From assembly GCA_028749475.1 (NCBI GenBank), contig JAQVWN010000001.1:79945-143944 (forward strand): DNA of 64,000 bases, read 5' to 3'. The notes under the pieces are model-generated. The model had not been told where the DNA came from. It saw nothing but the letters and a program-made list of their open reading frames with translations, and did not search any database. This DNA comes from Thomasclavelia sp. Its GTDB lineage: Bacteria; Bacillota_I; Bacilli_A; Erysipelotrichales; Coprobacillaceae. The position numbers and the translations under genes are program-made. Shown here in pieces: positions 1-8,533 of this stretch (its first letter is position 1; every line of letters begins with the position of its first letter).

Positions 1-140
1 ATTTAAAGAGTTTAAATTTTAAACGATATGTCATTTTAAAACTATTTTTATATGGTTTTCATGGATTAAATTTTAGAATTATTAATTTCTACTCAAAAAA
101 AGTTTCAAAAATTGCTTAATTAACATGGAGGTTAGGTAGT

Positions 141-863
141 ATGCAAGTATCTGCACTAATATTTGCCGGTGGATCTGGCAAAAGAATGACATTAACTAGT
201 AAACCAAAACAATTCTTAGAGTACAAAAATAAACCTATTATTATCTATACTTTAGAATTATTTGAACAAAATGATAATGTCGATAATATTGTTGTTGTAT
301 GTATTAAAGATTGGATTGATTATTTAAAAGAGTTGCTAGTAAAATTTAATATTACCAAAGTAGTCAAAATAGTTCCTGGCGGAGAAACTGGCCAAGGCTC
401 TATTTTTAATGGATTAAAAGAAGTATATACTCTTTCACCTAATCCAAAGGAAGATATTGTTTTGATTCATGATGGTGTTAGGCCATTAATTAACCAAGAT
501 ATAATTAACGACAACATTTTTACTACGAAAGATTTTGGTGATGCTATTACGGTTAGTCCTGCAATAGAAACAATTATCAATACAAATGATGATAATGTTG
601 TTACTAATATAATTGATAGATCAAAATGTATGCTAGCAAGAGCTCCACAAACTTTTAGAGTTAATGATATATACTCATCTCATTTAAAAGCTAATAAAGA
701 AAATCGGCAAGATTTTATTGATTCAGCAACTATGATGAGATATTACGGGTATGATTTAAAAACTGTTATGGGACCTGCGGAAAACATTAAAATAACTACA
801 CCATCTGATTTTTATGTTTTCAAAGCTTGGGTAGAGGATTGTGAAGGTGAAGAAGATGAATAA
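141..863 (+). CDS. IspD/TarI-family cytidylyltransferase (putative alditol-phosphate, e.g. ribitol-5-P, cytidylyltransferase)
   Basis: N-terminal ALIFAGGSGKRM nucleotidyltransferase P-loop-like motif, about 240 aa. GGAGG RBS upstream. Sits at the head of a polysaccharide locus. 8-nt overlap (ATGAATAA) with the next gene. Substrate not determinable. Confidence 0.75.
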   Translation: MQVSALIFAGGSGKRMTLTSKPKQFLEYKNKPIIIYTLELFEQNDNVDNIVVVCIKDWIDYLKELLVKFNITKVVKIVPGGETGQGSIFNGLKEVYTLSPNPKEDIVLIHDGVRPLINQDIINDNIFTTKDFGDAITVSPAIETIINTNDDNVVTNIIDRSKCMLARAPQTFRVNDIYSSHLKANKENRQDFIDSATMMRYYGYDLKTVMGPAENIKITTPSDFYVFKAWVEDCEGEEDE

Positions 864-1899
864 TCCAATTGAAAAAGAGGATTTAATTGATATTGCTAAT
901 AGTATTAATAAACAATTTTATAATTCTTCTATATTTGTCACTGGAGCAACTGGTTTAGTTGGTTCTACATTAATAAAAGGTTTATTAATGTGCAACGAAC
1001 TGAATAATTCAAATATTAAAATTATAGCTCTAATTAGAAGTGAAAAAAAAGCAAAAATGATTTTTGGAAATAGTGATATTGAATATGTAGTAGAAGATAT
1101 TACAAAGAAATTAGAATGTGTTTTGAATATTGATTATATAATTCATGGAGCTAGTGCAACTGCTTCAAAGTTTTTCATCACTAAACCAGTAGATACTATT
1201 AAAACTTCTATTGATGGAACCATGAATATTCTTGAATTAGCAAAAGAAAAGGCTGTAAAAAAAGTAGTTTACTTATCATCAATGGAGATGTATGGTATTC
1301 CTTATGAAGGAAAAGAATATTGTGATGAGAGTATCTTAGGATATATTAATCCGCTTCAAGTAAGAAGTTGTTACTCAGAAGGAAAAAGGATGTGTGAAAA
1401 CATCTGTGCTAGCTATGCATCTCAATATGGAGTAAATGTTGTTATCGCAAGGCTGTCACAAACTTTTGGATCAAGTGTAAATTGGAATGAAAATAGAATA
1501 TTTGCAAGTATCGCAAAAAGTGTAATCAACAAAGAAGATGTTATTTTGCATTCAAAAGGTGAATCAGTAGGGAACTATTGTTACACTTCCGATGTTATAA
1601 ATGCTTTGTTTATCCTATTAGAAAAAGGAAATAATGCAGAGGCTTATAATATCAGTAATGAAGCAACAAATATATCCATTAAAAATATGGCTAGTATGGT
1701 TTGCAAAGAGTTCTCAAATGGAAATAGTAAAGTGGTTATTGATTTGCCTAAAGGTGATCAAATTTTCGGATATGCTCCTGATGTTAAGTTAAAACTTAAC
1801 AATCATAAAATGATGGAATTAGGTTGGAGACCTAAATACGATTTAAGAGAAATGTATGAGAGATTAATAAATAGTTTAAAATATCAAATGGAGAAATAG
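856..1899 (+). CDS. Extended SDR / NAD-dependent epimerase-dehydratase-reductase family protein
   Basis: GATGLVGS Rossmann motif and YSEGK (YxxxK) catalytic motif. ATG at 856 follows GAAGGTGAAG. The ORF-track GTG at 841 is probably an over-extension. Translationally coupled to the cytidylyltransferase. Confidence 0.75.
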   Translation: MNNPIEKEDLIDIANSINKQFYNSSIFVTGATGLVGSTLIKGLLMCNELNNSNIKIIALIRSEKKAKMIFGNSDIEYVVEDITKKLECVLNIDYIIHGASATASKFFITKPVDTIKTSIDGTMNILELAKEKAVKKVVYLSSMEMYGIPYEGKEYCDESILGYINPLQVRSCYSEGKRMCENICASYASQYGVNVVIARLSQTFGSSVNWNENRIFASIAKSVINKEDVILHSKGESVGNYCYTSDVINALFILLEKGNNAEAYNISNEATNISIKNMASMVCKEFSNGNSKVVIDLPKGDQIFGYAPDVKLKLNNHKMMELGWRPKYDLREMYERLINSLKYQMEK

Positions 1900-1900
1900 A

Positions 1901-2941
1901 ATGAGTAAAGTTAAGGTCAGCATTATTATGCCAGTATATAATTCAGAAGAGTATCTTAGTGTTGCAGTTGAATCTGTTCTGAAGCAAACTTTTGAAGAAT
2001 TCGAATTGTTGTTGATAGATGATGGCTCATCTGATAATAGCCCTCAAATCTGTGATGAGTTTCAAAAAAAAGATTCAAGGGTGAAAGCTATACATAGGAA
2101 AAATTCTGGTGTTTGTGCAACTAGGAACTATGGCATGTCTATTGCACAAGGGGAGTATATTGGATTTTGTGATAATGATGATACGATGGAACCTGACTCA
2201 CTCATGGATAATTATACATTAGCAAAAGAAAATAATGCTGATGTAATTCGCTTTGCTTATGAAAGACAACTTATTGAAAATGATAAGGTCGTAAGTAAAG
2301 CAACTATTTTAAGTGATTTTGATGGTGTTATTAAAGGTCGCTCTAATATTATGAAAAAGTATTATGAAATCCGAACTATAATAGGAACAGCATGGGATCA
2401 TTTATATAGAACAGATTTTATTAAAGAGCATAATATTGTCTTTGACGAGTCATTTCATGGTGGAGGAGAAGATATATTATTTAATTTAGATGTAATGAAG
2501 AGTATTGAAAATTTAGTCATTAACAACAAAAAACCCTACTATAATTGGTTAAGAAGAATAGAACATAGTACAAGCAAAAAAACCAATTTGAGTATGGTTA
2601 CTAATATCAATAAGTTATTAGTTGCTGAAAATCGAATAGTAAGGGAAAATAATATTATTGATCCAGTAAAATGGGGAGCAATTTTAAGTGTCCGTTATAT
2701 AAATTATATGATAAATAGTATTTTAACGGGGAACAAAAAAGTCAGCAGAAAACAATTCTGTGAAATAATGACTGAGTTTAGAAAAAACCCAGGATTTGAT
2801 TTTTTGATAACTAAACAACAGATTAAAGAAATTAAAGGAATAGGATTTAAAGAATATGTTAATTTTAAATGCTTTTACAAAAAACGATTTTTAAAACTAT
2901 ATTATGTTCATTCGTTTTTTTATAAAATTGTAAAAAGGTAA
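1901..2941 (+). CDS. Family 2 glycosyltransferase
   Basis: VSIIMPVYNSEEYL...LLIDDGSSDNS...DNDD: classic GT2 (GT-A) N-terminal signature. Confidence 0.85.
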   Translation: MSKVKVSIIMPVYNSEEYLSVAVESVLKQTFEEFELLLIDDGSSDNSPQICDEFQKKDSRVKAIHRKNSGVCATRNYGMSIAQGEYIGFCDNDDTMEPDSLMDNYTLAKENNADVIRFAYERQLIENDKVVSKATILSDFDGVIKGRSNIMKKYYEIRTIIGTAWDHLYRTDFIKEHNIVFDESFHGGGEDILFNLDVMKSIENLVINNKKPYYNWLRRIEHSTSKKTNLSMVTNINKLLVAENRIVRENNIIDPVKWGAILSVRYINYMINSILTGNKKVSRKQFCEIMTEFRKNPGFDFLITKQQIKEIKGIGFKEYVNFKCFYKKRFLKLYYVHSFFYKIVKR

Positions 2942-2957
2942 TTTGATGGAGGAAATA

Positions 2958-3860
2958 ATGATGAAGATTAGTGTGGTTATAGTTACTTTTAATAGATTAG
3001 AACTGTTAAAAGAGTGCCTTGGAAATGTATTCAATCAATCAAAACAATTTAATGAGATTATTGTAGTTAATAATGCCAGTACAGATGGTACTGAAGTGTA
3101 TTTGGAAACTATAAAAGATGAATTAACAGTCATTGATTTAGAAGATAATCTTGGGGGATCTGGAGGGTTCTATTATGGATTAAAAAAAAGTGTTGAAAAT
3201 GAGAATGATTGGACTCTTTTAATTGATGATGATGCGATGATTTCAACAAACTATAATGAGATTATTTCGAAGTGTATTTCTAATGAAAAAATTGCTGAAA
3301 ATGTTAGTGGATTTTCTGGTACGGTTGTTTGCAATGGAAATGTTGACTTTGGACATAGATCATATGCAAAAAGTAATAAATCCTTCACAGTAAGCCATTC
3401 TACCCAAGCTGATTACATTCAAAATTACTTTGATTATGATTTTACAACTTTTTGTGGTGTCTATATCTCATCAAAAGCTGTCAAAAAAATAGGCTACCCA
3501 ATAAAGGAATATTTTATTTGGCATGACGATTCTGAGTATTCAATTAGACTTAGAACTCAAGGAATAATAAGAAATATTAATGAAGCTAAACTTAATCATA
3601 AAACGTTAATTAATTCTAGCCAGGTGAAAGTTAGTTGGAAAAATTATTATGGAATGCGCAATTCAATAGATATAAGAAAAAAGTATTATGGAGTTTTTGA
3701 CAATCTAAAAACTATTTTAAAAATAAGGATGGCAATAGTATACAGAACAGTTTTTAAGAATAAAAACAAACAGGATAAATATATTATTCAACTCTATAAA
3801 GATGCATTAAGAGATGGAAGAAAAAACAATTTAGGTAAAAACCCTAATTATTTACCTTAA
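2958..3860 (+). CDS. Family 2 glycosyltransferase (possible galactofuranosyl- or rhamnosyltransferase)
   Basis: ISVVIVTFNRLELLKECL...VVNNASTDGT...LLIDDDA motifs. Immediately upstream of glf. GGAGG at 2948-2952 favours ATG 2958 or 2961 over the ORF-track TTG at 2943. Confidence 0.8.
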   Translation: MMKISVVIVTFNRLELLKECLGNVFNQSKQFNEIIVVNNASTDGTEVYLETIKDELTVIDLEDNLGGSGGFYYGLKKSVENENDWTLLIDDDAMISTNYNEIISKCISNEKIAENVSGFSGTVVCNGNVDFGHRSYAKSNKSFTVSHSTQADYIQNYFDYDFTTFCGVYISSKAVKKIGYPIKEYFIWHDDSEYSIRLRTQGIIRNINEAKLNHKTLINSSQVKVSWKNYYGMRNSIDIRKKYYGVFDNLKTILKIRMAIVYRTVFKNKNKQDKYIIQLYKDALRDGRKNNLGKNPNYLP

Positions 3861-3873
3861 GGAAAGAGGAAAT

Positions 3874-4977
3874 ATGGAAAAATACGATTATTTAGTAGTT
3901 GGTTCAGGACTGTTTGGATCAATATTTGCTTATGAAGCTAATAAAAGAGGAAAGAAATGTTTAGTAATTGATAAAAGAGATCATATTGCTGGGAACATTT
4001 ATACGAAAGAAGTTGAAGGAATAAATGTTCATCAATATGGTGCTCATATCTTTCATACATCTAATAAAGATATCTGGGATTATATTAATCAGTTTGCTGA
4101 ATTTAATAGATATACTAATTCACCTGTAGCCTTCTATAAGAATGAAGTATATAATTTGCCGTTCAATATGAATACTTTTTCTAAGTTATGGAATATCAAA
4201 ACACCTGCTCAAGCAAAAGAAATTATTGAAAAGCAAAGAAAAGAATCAGGTATTACTGATCCTAAAAATCTTGAAGAACAAGCTATATCATTAGTAGGTA
4301 AAGATATCTATGAAAAATTAATAAAAGGTTATACTCAAAAACAATGGGGTAAACCATGTAATGAATTACCTTCATTTATTATTAAGAGATTGCCTGTAAG
4401 ATTTACATATGATAATAACTATTTCAATGATTTGTATCAAGGTATTCCTAATGGCGGTTATACCCAAATCATTGAAAAGATGCTAGATGGTATCGATGTA
4501 AAACTTAACTATGATTTTTTTGAACATAGAGAAGAATTGGAGTCTATGGCTGATAAAGTATTATTTACTGGAATGATAGATCAATACTATAACTACAAAT
4601 TCGGTGAACTTGAATATCGTAGTTTAAGATTTGAAACTGAAGTTTTAAATCAAGAAAATTATCAAGGGAATGCAGTAATTAACTATACAGATTATGAAGT
4701 CCCATATACTAGAATTATTGAACATAAACATTTTGAATATGGAACACAACCTAAAACAGTAATTACTAAAGAATACTCATCTACATGGGAAAAAGGTGAT
4801 GAACCTTATTATCCTATGAATGATGATAAAAACAATTCTTTATACCAAAAGTATAAAGAATTGGCTGATCAAGAAAACAAGGTTATTTTTGGTGGAAGAC
4901 TTGGTCAATATAAATATTATGATATGCATAATGTCATCGATGAAGCATTAAAATGTGTAAAGAAAGAACTTGATTAG
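3874..4977 (+). CDS. glf: UDP-galactopyranose mutase
   Basis: YDYLVVGSGLFGS FAD-binding motif, HQYGAHIFHT, and C-terminal FGGRLGQYKYYDMH, all typical of Glf. 367 aa. Confidence 0.92.
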   Translation: MEKYDYLVVGSGLFGSIFAYEANKRGKKCLVIDKRDHIAGNIYTKEVEGINVHQYGAHIFHTSNKDIWDYINQFAEFNRYTNSPVAFYKNEVYNLPFNMNTFSKLWNIKTPAQAKEIIEKQRKESGITDPKNLEEQAISLVGKDIYEKLIKGYTQKQWGKPCNELPSFIIKRLPVRFTYDNNYFNDLYQGIPNGGYTQIIEKMLDGIDVKLNYDFFEHREELESMADKVLFTGMIDQYYNYKFGELEYRSLRFETEVLNQENYQGNAVINYTDYEVPYTRIIEHKHFEYGTQPKTVITKEYSSTWEKGDEPYYPMNDDKNNSLYQKYKELADQENKVIFGGRLGQYKYYDMHNVIDEALKCVKKELD

Positions 4978-6414
4978 ATGAATAAAGTTGCTAAAAACTA
5001 CTTATACAATTTGAGTTATCAAATTCTATTGATTATTGTTCCTTTAATAACAACTCCTTATATCGCTCGAGTTATTGGAGCTAAAGGAGTTGGTACTTAT
5101 GGATATACTAACTCAATTGTTCAATATTTTATTTTGTTTGGTTGTATTGGGCTTAATTTATACTCACAACGAGAAATAGCTTATTACCAACAAGATAAGA
5201 ATAAGAGAGATAAGATATTTTTTGAACTTGTTATTTTACGAATTATAACGGTAAGTATTAGCTTAGTTATATATTTCTTTACTCTTGCATCTCATGGTCA
5301 ATATTCAACTATTTTTATGATTATGAGCCTAGATATAATTTCATCAATGTTTGATATATCATGGTTCTTCCAAGGAATAGAGGATTTCCAAAAAATAGTT
5401 TTGAGAAATGCGATTGTTAAGATTGCTGGAGTAATTTTAATATTTACATTTGTAAAGAGTCAATCAGATTTATATCTATACATTTTATGTCAATCTTCTG
5501 TTTTGTTATTAGGTGTTTTATCAATGTGGCTTTATATGCCAAAGTTTGTTTCTTTATCAAATTGTCATAATTTGGAGCTAAAAAGGCATATAAAACCTAC
5601 AATTGTATTATTCCTGCCTCAAATCGCTGTATCAATTTATACAACTTTAGATAAAACCATGATAGGTGCTTTGACTAATGACAATGCAGAGGTAGCGTAC
5701 TATCAACAATCACAGACAATTGTTAGAATCGTATTGACATTAGTTACATCTTTGGGAACTGTTATGTTACCTAGAGTAGCCAACCTGTTTAAACAAAATG
5801 AAATGGAGAAAGTCAAAGAGTATTTGGGCGTTTCTCTAAAGTTTACTTTTTTCCTATCGTTCCCGATGATGTTTGGGCTTATCGCAGTTAGTTCAAATAT
5901 AGTACCTTGGTTTTTGGGAAGTGGTTATGATAAAGTGGTTCCAAACATGATGTTGATATCTCCAATACTTGTATTTATTGCTTTTAGTAATGTTATGGGG
6001 ACACAGTTTTTATTACCGATTGGAAGGCAAAGGGAATACACCCTTTCTGTTGTTCTTGGAACATGTATAAATGTGTTTTTTAATTTTATATTAATACCAC
6101 ATTTCTTATCTTTAGGTGCTGCAGTTGCTACTGTTATAGCCGAAATGTGCGTTACTGGGGCTCAATTGTATTTTGTTAGGAAAGATTTTAATCTATTGCA
6201 AATATTAAAAGATAATTATAAATATATACTTTCTAGTATCATAATGTTTGTTGTAGTAATGTTTATTTCCTTGAAATTAACTCCTTCAATTATTCATACG
6301 TTGATGATTGCTATTTGTGGAACTTGTATTTACTTTATTTGTTTAATACTAATGAAAGACAAATTGATAAATGACTTATCTATAAAAATTAAAGAAAAAA
6401 TAAAAAGCCTTTAG
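4978..6414 (+). CDS. Wzx-type oligosaccharide/polysaccharide flippase (MOP superfamily)
   Basis: 478 aa and highly hydrophobic, roughly 12-14 predicted TM segments. N-terminus typical of polysaccharide biosynthesis (PST) flippases. ATG directly follows the glf stop. Confidence 0.8.
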   Translation: MNKVAKNYLYNLSYQILLIIVPLITTPYIARVIGAKGVGTYGYTNSIVQYFILFGCIGLNLYSQREIAYYQQDKNKRDKIFFELVILRIITVSISLVIYFFTLASHGQYSTIFMIMSLDIISSMFDISWFFQGIEDFQKIVLRNAIVKIAGVILIFTFVKSQSDLYLYILCQSSVLLLGVLSMWLYMPKFVSLSNCHNLELKRHIKPTIVLFLPQIAVSIYTTLDKTMIGALTNDNAEVAYYQQSQTIVRIVLTLVTSLGTVMLPRVANLFKQNEMEKVKEYLGVSLKFTFFLSFPMMFGLIAVSSNIVPWFLGSGYDKVVPNMMLISPILVFIAFSNVMGTQFLLPIGRQREYTLSVVLGTCINVFFNFILIPHFLSLGAAVATVIAEMCVTGAQLYFVRKDFNLLQILKDNYKYILSSIIMFVVVMFISLKLTPSIIHTLMIAICGTCIYFICLILMKDKLINDLSIKIKEKIKSL

Positions 6415-6440
6415 TATGCTATTGAACTTGAGGCTTTTTG
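6402..6440 (+). terminator. Putative intrinsic terminator after the flippase gene
   Basis: AAAAAGCCT ... AGGCTTTTT arms with an internally mismatched extension and a T-run. Spans the stop codon. A 200-nt gap follows. Confidence 0.55.
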
Positions 6441-6619
6441 TTAGTTGGGCTTAAGGATATCTATTACGTATTTAAACTGGAATAAAAGCTGGCTTGTTTG
6501 CTTTTAAAACTAAAAAAAGAATTATTTTGCGAATTATTTAGATTTAATATGCAACTTTTGATAATATATGATTTAGTAATTAGATATGCTATAATAAGTA
6601 AGATTTTAAAGGTGGTATT

Positions 6620-7741
6620 ATGGAAAATAAAAACAACTCAATTGAAGTTAGACACATGAGTAAAGATTTTAAAATGGTCTTTGATAAACCTCAAACACTT
6701 AAAGAGAGATTAGTGTTTTGGAAAAAAGAAAAGCCACAATTACATCATGTATTAAAAGATATAAATATTGATATTCCTAAAGGGGATACTGTTGCTTTAG
6801 TTGGAACTAATGGTAGTGGTAAATCAACATTACTTAAGTTAATGACTAAAATTCTTTATCCAACTAAAGGAACATTAGAGTGTAATGGCAAATTAACTTC
6901 GCTATTAGAACTAGGAGCTGGTTTTCATCCAGACTTTACAGGTAGAGAAAATATATATTTTAATGCTTCAATTTTTGGCTTAACTCGTGCTGAAATTGAA
7001 AATAGAATAGATGATATTATTGCGTTTTCTGAACTTGGAGAATTTATTGATAATCCTGTTAGAACATATTCATCAGGAATGTATATGAGACTTGCCTTTT
7101 CAGTTGCGATTAATGTAGATGCTGATATCTTATTGATTGATGAAATTTTAGCAGTAGGGGATCAATATTTCCAAGATAAATGTTTTGCTAAACTTCAAGA
7201 ACTTAAAGAAAGTGATAAAACTATTGTTATCGTTTCTCATAGTTTAGATATGATAAGAAAGATTTGTACTAGAGCTATTTGGATTTATAATGGTGAAGTT
7301 AAAATGGATGGTAAGCCTGAAGAAGTAATAGATTGTTACTTAAATCAAGTTATTCAAGACCATGCACAAACAGTTCAAAATTATAATCCAAATAATCTTG
7401 AATGTGTCCTAACAGTTGAAAAACCAGATGTTAATACGTTTAATAGTGGTGATGTTGAAGTAAAAGGTTGGGAAGTAAGTAATGTCAATGATAGTATTGT
7501 TGAAGTATATCTTGATGGTCAATTATATGAAGTACCAAAACGTTATAGTCGAAAAGATGTTTTAATGCACTATCAAGAAGCTTGTGGTGGAGCTAGTTTG
7601 AATGCCAAAGCTGGCTTTACAACAATAATAAAAGAAAAAGATATACCTAGTGGTTTACATACAGTAATTGTTCGTGTTTTACATGAAGGCAAAGAAATAG
7701 CTACTAAAACTTTAAGTTTTAGTATTACAGATAAAGAGTAG
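6620..7741 (+). CDS. Polysaccharide/teichoic-acid ABC exporter ATP-binding protein (TagH/Wzt type) with a C-terminal extra domain
   Basis: Walker A GTNGSGKST, signature YSSGMYMRLAF, Walker B LLIDE. About 120 aa of beta-rich C-terminal extension beyond the NBD. AAAGGTGG RBS. Confidence 0.9.
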   Translation: MENKNNSIEVRHMSKDFKMVFDKPQTLKERLVFWKKEKPQLHHVLKDINIDIPKGDTVALVGTNGSGKSTLLKLMTKILYPTKGTLECNGKLTSLLELGAGFHPDFTGRENIYFNASIFGLTRAEIENRIDDIIAFSELGEFIDNPVRTYSSGMYMRLAFSVAINVDADILLIDEILAVGDQYFQDKCFAKLQELKESDKTIVIVSHSLDMIRKICTRAIWIYNGEVKMDGKPEEVIDCYLNQVIQDHAQTVQNYNPNNLECVLTVEKPDVNTFNSGDVEVKGWEVSNVNDSIVEVYLDGQLYEVPKRYSRKDVLMHYQEACGGASLNAKAGFTTIIKEKDIPSGLHTVIVRVLHEGKEIATKTLSFSITDKE

Positions 7742-7749
7742 GAATAAAT

Positions 7750-8532
7750 ATGAAATTAATAGAAGATCTATATCAATATCGAGAATTATTAAAATCAAAT
7801 GTTAAAAAAGAAATAAGAGGGAAATATAAAGGATCATTCTTAGGTGTACTATGGTCATTTGTTTCACCACTATTATCAGTAGCAGTATATGCTATTGTAT
7901 TCCCATATTTATTTAGAAATACTGTAGATAATTACTTACAATTCTTAGTAGTAGGTATTATTCCATGGACATTCTTTACTACTTCAATCAATCAAGGAAT
8001 TAGTACTATTAGAGTAAATGAAGGAATAATCAAGAAGGTATATTTTCCAAGAGAAATATTACCTATTTCAGTTGTTACTAGTGGATTAATTAACTTCTTT
8101 ATTTCAGCTATCATCATGTTACTATTTTGTGTAATGGGTGGCTTAGGTATTTCATGGCATATAATTTTGTTTCCATTTTTTGCAATGGTCCAATATATTT
8201 TAACTTTAGGATTAGTCCTTGGACTAAGTGCTATAAATGTCTATATTAAAGATACTGAATACATCATTGCATTTTTAATAAACTTATTATTCTATGGTAC
8301 TCCAATTTTATATGACTTAAGTACATTTCAAGGAATACCACATGCAGTATTATTTATCATAAATTTAAATCCATTTAGACACTTTATGGATATATATAGA
8401 GATATATTTATGTATCATCAAGTACCACCTACATATAGCATGGTATTTGTTGTAGTATGCGCAATTGTAGTGTTCATATTAGGATTACTAATATTTAGAA
8501 AACTTGAAAAAGGATTCGCAGAGGAGATTTAA
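7750..8532 (+). CDS. ABC-2 type polysaccharide exporter permease (TagG/Wzm type)
   Basis: 260 aa with about 6 TM segments. N-terminal YRELLKSNVKKEIRGKYKGSFLGVLW motif typical of ABC-2 polysaccharide permeases. Adjacent to the ATPase. Confidence 0.9.
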   Translation: MKLIEDLYQYRELLKSNVKKEIRGKYKGSFLGVLWSFVSPLLSVAVYAIVFPYLFRNTVDNYLQFLVVGIIPWTFFTTSINQGISTIRVNEGIIKKVYFPREILPISVVTSGLINFFISAIIMLLFCVMGGLGISWHIILFPFFAMVQYILTLGLVLGLSAINVYIKDTEYIIAFLINLLFYGTPILYDLSTFQGIPHAVLFIINLNPFRHFMDIYRDIFMYHQVPPTYSMVFVVVCAIVVFILGLLIFRKLEKGFAEEI

Positions 8533-8533
8533 C

